DNA from: Paragordius varius
Lineage: Eukaryota > Animalia > Nematomorpha
Direction: 5' to 3'
Assembly (NCBI GenBank): GCA_964247055.1
Contig: OZ176055.1
Location: 6,882,001 to 6,946,000 of the forward strand
DNA: 64,000 bases
Shown here: piece by piece, positions 26,603 through 40,118 of the stretch
Position numbering within the stretch: the first letter of the stretch is position 1
How the letters are laid out: every line of letters starts with the position of its first letter
Notes under the pieces: generated by a model
Told to the model about the DNA's origin: nothing
The model's input: the letters and a program-made list of their open reading frames with translations, nothing else
The model's database searches: none
Position numbers and translations under genes: made by a program

Positions 26603-29266
26603 AATAGGTGGGGCAGGCAAATATAAATGATAAGTAAAAACCAATGTGAATGATTGATGTAGTCATTAACATTTGTTGATTTGTTATTTGTAAAATACTA
26701 TATCTATTGTAAGGGATATTTCGTAGTTCTTAATGTTAAAGCTGATTGCCAACAATATAATTATTCTGTGATGGTATTAACAATTCGTCATTCACCATTA
26801 CAATATCAATTTATATTTTATATTTTTAACAAAAAGAGTGAAGCATAGTTAAAAAATTGATCTCTGAGAATCTAAGTAGCTATACTCGAAATCTAGTAAG
26901 TGTATTTTCAATTCAGTTTAATTATCATAAATGTCCATTAAATTTAACTTAATCGTATACCAACTGCATTTATACCAAAATTGCAAAGTTTATATATATG
27001 AAATCGATATGTGAAAACCCCAAGTCAAATAATTGTCGAAGCGTTTCACATATCATTTCTTTTTTCAGTTTAATTTTCAGTAAATTTCTAATTAATTTTC
27101 GCTCCTCATCATTTCAAAGATTTAACCATTGTTAATACGAAATTGTTCTGTGCTTATGAAAACAAGTTTACCATAAAATGGTATAATATTTGCGATGCAA
27201 AATGTTGATGGTTAAAAATGTACTAAGCTTATCTAAAATCATTAACGAGCACTAGGGCATTAAATTTTCGAATGATTAAAAGTGGATTTATTACATGTCG
27301 GTTGCCATATGAAATATATTTTTATTAGTTACAAATTTACAGTATACATTATGCTGGCCAATTCACATTATTGTTGTTGAACGTAAAAATACAATAGCTT
27401 ACGTATGATATAAAACAAATTCTGTCCATAATTAAATAAACAATTTTAATGTTGTCAGATAGGGAAAAAAATTGTTTAATTACCATCATTTGTTATTTTT
27501 TATCCATGCGGTACTATGTTGCCAATTAGCCAACAATATTGTAAATTGGGCTTAAATGTCCATACTGTAATTGAACATTGTTTTTTTTCTACTCAATTTT
27601 CAAAATATAACTAAAAAAATCAGAAAATAGCAACAGTCATACAATTTAAATTTCTCTTTCATCCAACCAAAATACCTAAATGGCTAATAAAAATATCTCA
27701 TTACTGTATCGTCTGCGTATTTTTCCCATGTAAAAAATGGCTTAATTGGGACCTCAATATATTTGGATTGCTTTCTTCCGTTTTTATTTTGTGAAGATTT
27801 TATATTGAGGTTCTTTAGTTACCACCCATTTAAGTTAATTTATAGAGCTCCTAACTCTTAAACTGACTTTTCTGTGATCAGATTTCATTGAACAATCTAC
27901 AAATTAAGTATATTTTTCTAAAAAAATATACTTAATTTCATCAACACTTGAGAGAAAAAAACTTTAGACTTTTAATTTTAATTGGACTCCTATTCAAGGA
28001 CAGCAAATTTGATTTTATCCTTTAATTTACTAACTAACTATATTTTAAATAAAATGATGCAAAAATTATTAATAGGTTTCATTACAGTTTTTTGAATATT
28101 GTCAAGTATTAATTTAACAGATTAAATTTACCTTAATTTTCATATGCCAATTCAATAGTTACCAGGCTTTCTAATTAATAATTAATATTGTTGGTTATGC
28201 ATACGTGATATTAAGTGCAAGTTTTAAGCATATCCCTAAATAAAATTTTAATAATTTATATTATATTACAACAAATTAATTATTAATTACGTAAAATAAA
28301 GTGTTGATATTTGTAATTTATACTGCCAACCCTATATCGTTTTTTGTCAGATTTAAAACTCCTTGACGTAAGAATAAGCATAATATTATTGTACGTAAAA
28401 TTCCCACCCAAAAAAATTAACCCCCAAATAATTCTTGGATCAATAAAGATCTATTATATTATAATATTGCAAAAAACGAGATAGAAAGATTAATAATGAG
28501 TTTTAGAATGATTTTTTCAAAGATATTATTTATCTTGTCACGAAATGTCTACGAAATCGTAAAAGCGACAGAGTCAACCTAAGGAGATCCATATAAGTTC
28601 AATCATAATAATTTAGAATAATTTGGAGATATTATTAAAATATAATTATAGAATATATATTATTTATTTATCTATATATTTATAAAAATGGAAAATGCTG
28701 GCTTTGTGATCTGGTACAGGAAAACCGGTACACCCAATCAAATCCAAATATCGAAAAAATATAATCATTAATAAATGTCCCGACAATAGCTTCGCCTTTT
28801 TTTGAAATAGGCCCCCAGTTCGGGCCCACCCCGTATGAAAAATGGGTTTTTTTTGAAAACAGAAGTCCACAAAAATCGTGTCTTTGAGACAATTTTCCGG
28901 AGAACGTATTGGACCATTCAATTTCAAATATGATTTTTTATTTTCGATTGCGCCGAACATAGTCGAGTCACTTTTTTGATTTAGGCCCTCTTTTACCCGC
29001 TCCCCCCGTAAATTGCCATTTTTTTCAAAAAACAAAGTCCACAAAAATCGTGTCTTTGAGACAATTTTCCGGAGAACGTGTTGGACCATTCAATTTCAAA
29101 TATGATTTTTGTTTACCTTTTTTCGATTGCGCCAAACATAGTCGTCTCGCTTTTTTAATTTAGTCCCACTTTTTACCCGCTACCCCCGTAAAATGCCATT
29201 CCCCCCCTTCCCCCCAGAAGTCCGAAGGACTTCCTCGGGCTGCGTAGCAGCACGAGATTTACGCTA

Positions 29267-29331
<65 letters not shown>

Positions 29332-32300
29332 AAAAGCTTTTTTATTTTAACTTTGGTATCTGAATAATTGTATCAAAATTCAAGAATAAATGTTGATTAT
29401 ATATAACAATAATTGGCGAAAAGTGAAAATTTGACAATTAATATAAATATCAGATTAATTATTTTTAGTATAATGATCTTTTGCCAATTTTATTAGCGAT
29501 TTAATAAGAGTGCAGAAAAAATATTTCTCGGAAAAATGTTCGGGATAAGCTATTTTAAACAAATTTATTCCTTAATCTGATGTTTCAAATATAACGCATA
29601 TTATATATATTTTAATTTAGCCAGATATATTCGGTATTTTTCAAAATTCAAATTTTTTAGGTTTGGGCCAGAAAGCTAACCAAAAGGTGATGTAAAATTC
29701 TTAACAGATTGAAAAAAATAAGCAAAACACTTATTATTTTAATAGAAAAGTTGTTATATAACCATATTTTATTCTGCCTTTTTAGATTCTAAAATAAAAC
29801 CGGATTCACATCTAAATCTCTAAAGCAGGTGTGTCCAACATAAATGACTTTGCTAGCCGCATTCAAGATGATTTATACCATTTACAATTTAACACCCTTG
29901 AACAATTCCAATTCACCCTTATACAATTTAAATTTACCCTCGAACAATTCGAATTCACCCTCAAATAAATTATATATTTTTTAAGATTAAAATTTACCTA
30001 TTTTATATATTTTTAAAAATAAAATTTAGTTTTAAATTAAAATAATATTCAAAAATTAATAAACTATGCCATAAAGAATTTTATATTGATAATGAGTTAT
30101 ATTAGTTTTAAAACACAATTTATTTTTAAGATGAATTTGAATTGTTCAAGGGTGAATTTGAACTGTAAATGGTATATAAGAATTTTAATATATACCATTT
30201 CCCAGTCAATCGAAACATTTTCCCAATCAATCTAAACGTTTTCCCAGTCAATCGAAACGTTTTCCCAGTCAATCGAAACATTTTCCCAGTCAATTAAAAC
30301 GTTTTCTCAGTCAATCGAAACATTTTCCCAGTCAATAAAAACATTTTCCCAATCAATAAAAACGTTTTCCCAGTCAATAAAAACGGTTTTATTTTTGATG
30401 ATAAATATCAAAACATGATATAAAACTAACTTTTAACCATTATCAGCGTAATATTAGGATATTATTTTTTATAAAAACACAATTATATGACAATTCTAAA
30501 TATATTCCAGTGCACAATCATTAATGACTTATTCTTTAAAAGTTATATTTTTGGAATTTGAGATGTTTTTAAGATAATATTTTTTATTTTATCGATGGTT
30601 CGCATCTATATTTGCGGCTAAATTATAAAATCTATTGTTACGGATGAAATAATAAAATTTATAAAAATATACCATTTTTATCTCAAAAGTCATTTAACAC
30701 CTCATATTGGAATTTAAACATATTACCTTAATTTATGATATTTATCATTTGGTTCATCGGGTGCCCAACGCGGCCTGCCGAGTATCTTTGTGGGGCTCGC
30801 TAAAAATTTAGAAATCCATATGCAAAAATCACAAAATCTTAGTAATATTCATATGCTTACACATTTACAATAAATCTGTTAAATTGGTAACAAATTAAAA
30901 AAAATTGTTATATTTTTGTATTTTACAGTCATATGTCTAATCGAAAAATTATTTATGAAATATATCGAACGGAACGCCGTGCTTTGAGTAATGCAGCCCG
31001 CGAAGCCATTTGGTTAGACACCCCTGTTTTCAAATATCTTTTTTTTAATATTTTTAAATCAAAAACATTTTTATCGAAAAAATTTTTTTGTTTAGATATT
31101 TTTTCCCACAGTATTTCTATGGAAAAACTTGAAATGTTTAAAAACTGTTTTAAAGCCGGCAAATTTTAATGCGAACCATCAATAAAATAAAAAATATTAT
31201 CTTAAAAACATCTCAAATTCCAAAAATATAACTTTTAAAGAATAAGTCATTAATGATTGTGCACTGGAATATATTTAGAATTGTCATATAATAATTGTGT
31301 TTTTATAAAAAATAATATCCTAATATTACGCTGATAATGGTTAAAAGATATTTTTATGTCTTGTTTTGATATTTATCATCAAAAATAAAACCGTTTTTAT
31401 TGACTGGGAAAACGTTTTTATTGATTGGGAAAATGTTTTTATTGACTGGGAAAATGTTTCGATTGACTGAGAAAACGTTTCGATTGACTGGGAAAATGTT
31501 TCGATTGACTGGGAAAACGTTTCGATTGACTGGGAAAACGTTTAGATTGATTGGGAAAATGTTTCGATTGACTGGGAAAACGTTTATTTAGACTGGGAAA
31601 TGGTATATTAAACATAAGACTTAAGTAAATTACGAGGACAATATCATTATTATTTATTGCAGCAATTTTTCTTAATTCCCGTTGAAGACCCAATAGAAAA
31701 TTTTGTGCAATATCAATCTTTTTAGGATTTTATAAATATTTTTGCAAATTTTGGAATTTTAGTTTGGTATTTTTAAAATTTTCGAGGGCCGAACATTCTC
31801 GAAGGGGCGCATGTTGAACACTTTCGTTGTAAATTACATTACAATCCCTCCATAATGTCCTTTCATAATTAAATACTAAATTGGGGTCAAAATTTTTTTA
31901 TCATTAATTATATTATATTTAATTTTTGTGAGTATGTTCTAATGCAGTGGTTTTTTAAAGGGGGGCGTATTGAAAAATTTAAAGCGGGTGCAAAAAATTT
32001 GATGAATATAATTTAAAAATAAAAATTGAAGTTTATAATAAGGATTACAGGTGCAGATTATCAAGATTTTTCATCGATTTCAAAAATATTTCAACGATTA
32101 CAGATACAAGGATCTCATTAAATACGATAGACATCACATTTTTCTGTTTGTGTTTTTTGCATTTTCTGATATACTATCATTTTAACAGTATGAAATAAAA
32201 ATTATAATTATTTTTGGTTATGCGCCCTCTTTATAAAATACCAAAAATGTTTTTCTTTGAAAATATACAAGTAATGCCCATTTGTAATATATCATTCGAA

Positions 32301-35300
32301 AGTGTAATGAAAACTCTATAAAGTACATACTAATATGTTTTAAATCGATAGTTAATATTGGACATAGTAAGCGACAAACGAGCGAGAGCGTTTTTTTAAT
32401 TAATATATTTTAAAAATAATGGATAAAATTAGCTCAAATTTTGTTTAGATGGCAATGAATGTCTAATAAAGATATCACAAGAAGTTTTTTTGATTAAAAC
32501 ACTTATTTATTGGTTTATGTCATTCAAAACAGCCATTTTTATGTTTTTTGTTTTTATTCATAAATATAAATTATTTTCTTAATAAGGCTTATAATTTAAA
32601 AATTTTAAAGCCTAAAAACAAAGTTTAATATATTTTTGATCTTCTAAACGATTATGTAATAAATTTAAAGTTATAACTATGCATATTAGTATCCAATAAG
32701 TAAAACAATTTCGATAATATTATTTTTTATTTAAATGGCAAGCCAAAAGCTTTTTCTAAGATTTTTTTTACATTTTATATAAATGTAACCCTAATAATAT
32801 TAAAATAATTTATTTGATTTTTATATTCGTTTGTCTGTGAAAATTTTGACCTATTTACGGGAAATATTGACCATATACACCCAAATAACTTTTAATCATA
32901 TTAACTCAAATGACTAACTACCATTCTAAAGATACAGTTTTTTGCCCTCTATCGAACGTTATAAATTACACGGCTATATATCTAAAACTTTTAATTATAA
33001 AAATTTCGAGTTTAATGCGAAATTGGGGCCAAATTTTACGATAAACCCTAATAAAAATAAATTCTTAGGTGTTAAACCACCTTTTTTCAGCATACTATAT
33101 ATGTACTTTATGAAATAAATTTTGAATTTACAAGAATGGCACACAAAAAGTCAAAATTTGTTGTCTAATGTTTTGATCCTCATAATATTAATAATAAATT
33201 TTTTATTTCATTGTTATCTTTGTTTTTTTTGGAGGAAGGGGGGGGGGGAGGGGCGCAAGTTTTTTTTATCAATTTGGTGTGGGGCTTTAACAAAAAAAAG
33301 ATTGGGGGAACCACAGTGTGTTCGTAAAAAGGTATTTTGTCACCTGAACGATAAAAATTGAAGAATGAGGCCTTATTTTAAAATCAGAAAAGTTTATGAT
33401 AATAATCATCATAAGCTAATTACAATATAGGCATTGTTTCTATAAGGCGGATCATTATATGCGTCTCCTGTATTATCTATCATCTATTTAATGTTAACTT
33501 TAGCGGAATTAATATATGAAATACATATGTTACGACTTACATTGATACTTTATATTTTTTTAATATTATGCCTGTATTAAAGGATACATATACAATCTAT
33601 AAAATATTTAATCAATAAATTGTATTTTAGATATTTTAAAAAAGGAAATTGCTCTATAATTTATAATTTTTAGGAATCCTTTCAAACAGTGCATCAAATT
33701 GGGGAGGCCTTATGTGCCCACCAACTTTTGATGGCTATGGTTGTTGGGATAAAACGATGGCCGGAACGCGACAATACATTCAATGTCCATCATTTGTTTT
33801 AGGGTTCGATTCACAAAGTAAATTACAAAACTAAAATTTACAGGAAAAATTGAAATTATGCAGATAAAAAAGGTTTTTTTAAACGACAACTTTATCATTA
33901 TTTTTCTCTGAAGAATAATTATTACATTTATAAAATATATTTAATTGATTCGATTGTGTTACTGATTTACATCTTCTCTATTTCATATTTAGCAGTTTTA
34001 AAACAATGAATTAAATGATAAAAAAATCAAGTTTTATAAAATAGAGCGATCGGTCTTTTGAAAATAAAATATTTTCTTTATATTTTTACCTTTGTCTGCA
34101 CATAATTTCATTTCTTACTGTAAAATGTTGCTTATTCTTAATAAATTCCAAAAAATTTTCAGGCTAATTTTTGTAAAAAATTAAATTTGTAATTTTCACC
34201 GGATTAATATAAAGATGGTACAATGCTTAAAATACTAGCAATTTCCAATTTTTTATTGTATTTATGATCATACCATTTTTTATATATATATAAATATATT
34301 CATTTTTCGGACCTTTATTGCGACTTTATTGATTTCATACGCGCTACGAACTTATTGTTTCGCTTAATTTAATTTTGAAATTCACACTGGCGCTTATTTC
34401 TTTATATCTATGCCATTAAACAATAAAAATGCGTAAATACCGCAATCGATCCTATAAAAAATAATATAAAATAAAAAAGGTATAAATTTAAATTTCATTT
34501 CATTTTTATATTATATTTTAGCCTAAGAAATGTGAAATTTTTTTATTGATTTTGTATTAATATTTACATCTTTCCCTGATTTTATATAAGAAAACTTTTT
34601 ATTAACCATATATATAGCTATCTTCAAACATAAAAAAGAAACACAATAAATTAAACATTTAAATGGTAAGTTTGACTAACCACAAATTATATAATATATT
34701 TTTATCTTATTTAACTATATAAATGTAATTTCCATCTTTCTCTCTGTCCGGTGTAGTCTAGAGGGAATATTTTGTATTGTTGCTTAATAAATTTTATTTC
34801 CATATACCAAAACATTTGTTTAAATTAATCATATCATCTTTCTTATTATTGATAAAAATAAGTAAAATTTCAAAATTTATTTCATCTTAATAATTCTTTA
34901 TAACAGGAAAAGCGTTTAAAGATTGTTTGGAAAATGGTACGTGGTTTCGTCACCCTATAACACAGCGCATTTGGTCCAATTATACGACATGTATTGATTT
35001 GGGCGACTTTGAGGTATAAGGAAAATCCGAAATACCCATTTTTTTTGAGTTTTTATATTCACTCTCCAACAGCGAAATTATATAACTCATAGTTTGATAT
35101 GAAAGTTATATATTAGAAACGAAATTTTATTTAGAATATTTTGGAGAAGCATAAATTTAAATTGGGACCGTTTTTAGTATTTTTTAAAATATTAACTCAA
35201 ATTAGTCTGGGGTATTTAGATACCCGAATTTAAATCGAGGTGTTAACAACTTTAGTTTGTAAAAATCGAAAAATTTATATATATCTGTTATGGGCTAAAT

Positions 35301-38300
35301 CCAGTACATTTGAGTTAAGCTATACCTCTTTTATACTTAATATTTAGAATGAATTTTTTTTATAGAAACCAATTTTATATAAGGATTATATACATATATT
35401 TTTTATAGTTACGGCGAAAAGTTGTCAATCTTTACATCATTGGATATGCCATTTCTTTGATTGCGGTCCTTTTAGCTATCATAATATTTTCACATTACAA
35501 GTAAATTATTAACTTAATTTCAAAGTTATTGGGTATTTTTTCGAAAAAAAAACTTTTAAGAAGCTTTAGTAATAATGATATTTTCATAAAACAGTAAAAT
35601 TGAAATTATACGGACAAACGTAAAAATATAAGGACAAATATATTTTTCTAAAATACAACCACACTTTTTATATCTTGATTTTTTTAAAATATAACTCATT
35701 GTTTTTTACTCCAAGGTATAAAATAGAGTTTACACGAGTGTTACAAAAACTTTTAATAGGATAAATTAAGGTTTAAAAAAGTATGGTTGTGTTTTAACAA
35801 AGAATTTTGTCTTCTTATTTTTCCGTTTTGTCCGTATAATTTTAATTTTTACTGTGTGTAAATCATTTAATTTCTTACAGCAACCTTATTTTTAAATAAA
35901 AACTAAAAAGATTAGTTTTTATACAAGTAAAAAGATTAGCTTTTTGTATAATAATTGGAAGGGGAAACTAACAAAACTACTAAATTCTTATAAAACTTGC
36001 ACGATCCTAATAAATAATTTTTGTAGCAACAAATTATTATTCCTTTGACATTTCTTTTGTAGTTTTTTTGCTATTTATACAAAACAGGGAATATTGTAAT
36101 GATTTTAGATTACGTTGTTTTTTGTTATTGGATATAATGAAAAGCCTGTTTTAAAGTTTTTACCTATTATTATTTCCAATCTTTTTGCATAATTTGCGGT
36201 TACATCCTTACTAAAAAAAAGTATGTTTTGATCTTTTAATGAGATGATCAAAGAACGAAACATAATTGGCCAATACTTGAGGAAAAATTTAATGGTTTGT
36301 AAAAAATTGGATAACATTTTTATATTATGATATCTTTTATTAGGTTAGGTATAATAGCATTTTTTAACATTATAAACAGGTCAAAAATCGTAACTTAAAT
36401 ATTGGATAGATGTGTTATTCGAGGTCGACTTTTTGCAATATTGTAAAAAAACCTTTTCCATAGATTACGGTAAAGTTTGAGTCATGGTGTTTTTAAAATA
36501 TTGTGCCTTCACTTGGTTCTTTTTAGGCTTAGTTTTACGTGTTATACTGATCCTTTCTTAACATCAAAAACTTTTCTAATGAATTACATCTCATAATGTG
36601 GCCTGCAAACAATGAATGACTTATCAGGATAATTGATTGCGTTTAGGATTGTATTATATTTCTAATTGTTAAATTATCGGACCATTTTATTTGAAGGAGT
36701 TTTCTTCACACTCAAAATATAGCTATGAGCTTCAACGCATCTAAATCAACATAGTTATCTCAAACTCGACTGCTATAATTTAGATAAATCATAATAGACT
36801 CGTGCATGGTCAATGTGGGGTTACGTCAGGACTGTGTTTCATCGCCTATTCTATTTAATTCATATCTTGAATGCACAATCAAAAACTTAGCCCATAATTT
36901 GGCATAAACATTAGAGGTTATGATCAAACTTCTATTCATTTTACGGTTTCTTCGCATCCAAGTTCGTTATTGTAGATGTTGAATATGAAAAAATGGTCTA
37001 TCTCTCAAAAACAAAAAAATTTTCAAATTAACCCTCTATCTATATTAAAATAGTATAATCACAAATATTTTGGAAGCTTAATACGGAACGATAAAAATTA
37101 TACTATCGAGATTAAAAGGTATCGCTATGAACAAAAGGGCCAAAGTAATTCAAAAAATAGTTTAAAAATCGAAATCCGGCTTTTATCAATGCAACTATTT
37201 TTTCAACGTCTTATAATGTGCAGGAGTTTTTATCCCATTTTTCAGTCAAAAGCAACATTTCAACCAAACGCAACGTTTTTCCAGTTGTCTTTGCTTGATA
37301 AAAATGTTGCATTTGTCTGAAAAATGGTGTCTAATGACATGTGAATGTAAAATTCACACTGAATATCATTATTAACTTTAATTTTGTAGTTTAAGTACTG
37401 ATACCATCGTGTTTTATTAAAATATATTACAAGGCATTTATTAAATAATAAAATTTTACAGATGAAAATTTTATTATTTAATTTTAAATACAAATTCCCA
37501 GATCATTACATTGTACACGGACTCAAATTCACAACCAATTATTTTACTCGTTTGTTGGAAACAATTTATCTCGAATCATTTGGCACGCCCTTCTAATGGA
37601 TGGGAATATCGTTTTAAATAATCACGTATAAACTTTTTTGATGCATTTTTATTTTTTAAAAAAATTAACTTACATCAAAAGCAAACGCTTTTTACTAGAC
37701 TAATTTATTGTAACCGAATCTAAATAAAAACAACATATAATAAGGCTGAAATCGAAAATTTAAACGATATTTCATATAAATTATAAAGTAACAGATAATT
37801 TTGGACCATACTTAGAGCGCAGAGCGATTGGGAAAATGATTTTTTATTGTGAATCGTTTTTATCTTTAAAATTTTATGCCTTTTTAAGTCCTAACCTTTA
37901 TGCGTATAAACATGTATATATTACACGCTGTTGTTTAGAAACAAAGGAAATATTTTAATTTCAAAATTTATATTTTTAGATTGCATGTCAAATCATACAT
38001 ATAATTGCTCAATATTTCATGACATGTAATTATATGTGGATGTTTTGTGAGGGCCTTTACCTCCACACAGTTATAACTATGGCTCTCAGAAATATTAAAT
38101 ACATGGTCGCTTATCTGTGCTCTGTGGGATGGGGTTACTTTCTTAATTATTATTTGTTTAATTTTAAATTTTATAAAAACAATATACCATTTACAATTCA
38201 AATTCACCCTAAAAATAAATTAGGTGTTTTCGGGCTAACATAAATCATCATAATAAGAAATATATACTTATGGCATAGTTTATTATTTTTTCAGTATTAT

Positions 38301-40118
38301 ATTGACTTTAAACGTAATTTTTTTAAAAAATATAAAAAAGTATAGTTAATTTTTAATCCTAGAAAACACATAATATACTTTATGGTGGATTTGAATCGTT
38401 CGAAGGTGAATCCGAATTGTTCAAGGGTGAATTTGAACTGTAAATGGTATATATTATTATAATAGGTTTACCAATCCTATTGGTTGCAGCTTATGCCACT
38501 ATGCGATATCAATACAATCAAATTTTATCGTAATAACATCTTTTGTTAAAAATAATTTTTTTTTAATTTTCATTACAATAATTTTTTGATTAGATGTTGG
38601 TCCGAAAAAACGGATTTTAAATGGATTCTTGATGGGCCGATCATTGCATCCATGATTGTAAATTTTAATATTTTTTATGGCATTTATGAGAGGGAATATC
38701 CCATAGTTAATAAAAAATTTTCCCTAACCTATATTGAATTTCGGTAATTGTTTTAAAGCTAAAATATTATTTTTTTTACTCAGGTTAGTTTTATGTTCAT
38801 GTGCAACATTATACGCATTTTAGTGGCCAAATTAACGTCATTCAATAGTGCCGAAACGCATCAAACAAGGTATAACCATTATTTTTTAATAATCATTTTT
38901 ATTTCACCAACCCGTAGAATTTCTGCATTTTCAGTTACTTGGTTTAAGGCAAACACCACGAATTTTAAAAAATTGATGTATGAAACTGCCTGATAGATAG
39001 AATATTAAACAAAAATTTAAAAGTCTAAAATTGCGTTTTAAAAATCAACTATTTTTGAATTACAAATAATCTATAAATAGAGGACTAAATATACCATGAA
39101 CACTTTGGATTCACCTTCGAACAATTCAATTTTACCGTAAAAAGATTATGTGTTTTCGAACTAAATAACTCATTATTAATAATATATCTTTATGGCAGAG
39201 TTTATTATTTATTCGGTATTATTTTAATTTAAACAAAATTTTATTTTTTAAAAGCATATAATTTCTTAAAAACATTTAATTTATTTGAGGGTGAATTTAA
39301 ATTGTTCAAGGGATTCGAATTGTTTAAGGGTGAATTTGAATTGTAAATGATATATATATATATATATATCATTTTATTACAAGTCCTGATACAATTTAAG
39401 CCCTTACCCTAAAAAGACAAAAAGAGGCTCCAAACTGTACTTTTTTTAAGGTTTTTTTCTAAAATTTACAAATTTAAATTTTGGCTTTTGAGGCTAAAAT
39501 AATTATAATTTCTATATTTTGCAGTAAAGCTGTAAAGGGTACCCTTATACTTTTGCCTTTGTTGGGGATGCACTTTATAATATTGCCGACTCGGCCACCC
39601 AAAGGATCTCATTATGAAGCTTTATACGAATACATTTCAGTTATATTGGTCACATCACAGGTAGAAAAATATTCTTGAAATATTTTAAAATGTGATACAA
39701 AATTTAATTTTTATACCTAACTGATCAATAATGAATCAATAAGAATTGATAAAATAAAAATTTAACACTTTTTACATTTTATCGCTATTGGTAATTCAAA
39801 TATATACTGAAATATTAAACGTATATTTTTTTGAATATTTAGGGCCTATTTGTCACTGCTATATTCTGTTTCCTCAATTCCGACGTATAATATATATTTT
39901 TAAATTATAAAAATTATACATTATTTATGAATGTTTAAACTCAGATTTAATACAATAATTTTTCTTTTTTTTACAAAAAAAAGGTTCAAACATGCATTAA
40001 AAATTCCATAAAAACCCACGCTGGATGCTTTAATTCAAATGACAGGCTATTCCGCAATAACCAAAAAACAGCCCACAAAACCAATGGGAATGGTGCAAAG
40101 TATTCACAAATAACTATG
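23178..40118 (+). CDS. Class B1 (secretin-family) GPCR, calcitonin/CGRP/DH31-receptor-like
   Basis: Exons 23178-23517, (26131-26169?), 33674-33817, 34907-35013, 35409-35500, 37502-37625, 37980-38133, 38466-38529, 38594-38657, 38784-38869, 39525-39660, 39843-39884, 39984-40118 are all phase-compatible. Motifs CPPTFDGYGCW, QCPSF, DCLENGTWFRHP..WSNYTTC, SLHCTRTQIH, WMFCEGLYLH, GWGLP, CW, KAVKGTLILLPLLG, QGLFV..FCFLN. The last exon is uncertain (maybe 40777-40803). Linking exon 1 is inference. Confidence 0.88.
23915..24436. mobile_element. piggyBac-like MITE family J, copy 2
   Basis: TTAA on both sides. The interior matches 1883-2383 (tatatcccagag, ttttgaaagttattttagttaaaattt, acaaacagctgatat). 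Confidence 0.65.
24755..24930. mobile_element. TA-flanked palindromic MITE
   Basis: TA|CAGTAGCGTATGGCAT ... ATGCCATACTCTACTG|TA with ~70-bp imperfect arms. Confidence 0.7.
26905..27060 (+). mobile_element. Fragment of the Penelope-like repeat at 49259-49853, lacking the ribozyme module
   Basis: Shares ccaactgcatttataccaaaattgcaaagtt, gaaatcgatat.tgaaaaccccaagtcaaata and tttcacatatc with 49570-49740. Confidence 0.8.
28671..29267 (+). mobile_element. Non-autonomous Helitron
   Basis: A|TCTATATATTTATAAAA 5' end. 3' hairpin ctcgggctgc-gta-gcagcacgag followed by CTAG|T. Internal ~175-bp tandem duplication. Abuts a (TA)n run. Confidence 0.8.
29874..30176. mobile_element. MITE family C (TATACCATTT termini, 21-bp subterminal repeats); copies 38183-38451, 39090-39354; related family D ~43145-43498
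   Basis: Inverted termini TATACCATTTACAATT / AACTGTAAATGGTATA. Repeat unit ~aattcacccttgaacaattcg. Confidence 0.75.
30191..31607. mobile_element. Long-TIR foldback-like element B, copy 1 (arms ~30191-30605 and ~31168-31607)
   Basis: Near-identical ~420-bp inverted arms, each starting with 9-10 units of the 21-mer tttcccagtcaatcgaaacat. Termini TATACCATTT. No coding capacity. Confidence 0.85.
36450..36990 (+). pseudogene. Decayed RTE-type RT fragment in a GPCR intron
   Basis: VGLRQDCVSSPILFNSYLE (GVRQGCVLSPILFNIYLE), preceded by SNSTAI and followed by GINIRG, with frameshifts. Confidence 0.6.

Noticed and set aside
29661-29686. Candidate GPCR mini-exon (ag|...|gt)
   Set aside because: Its 26-nt length shifts the phase, and the next candidate exon gives stops.
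30191-31607. 21-bp repeat arrays as CRISPR
   Set aside because: The units are contiguous with no unique spacers, lie in inverted TE arms, have no cas genes nearby, and the context is eukaryotic.
31400-31693. ORFs with TGKMFRL / FPSQSKR repeats (also 51916-52150 and 53256-53441)
   Set aside because: Translation by-products of the 21-bp TE arrays, open on both strands, with no splice or start context.
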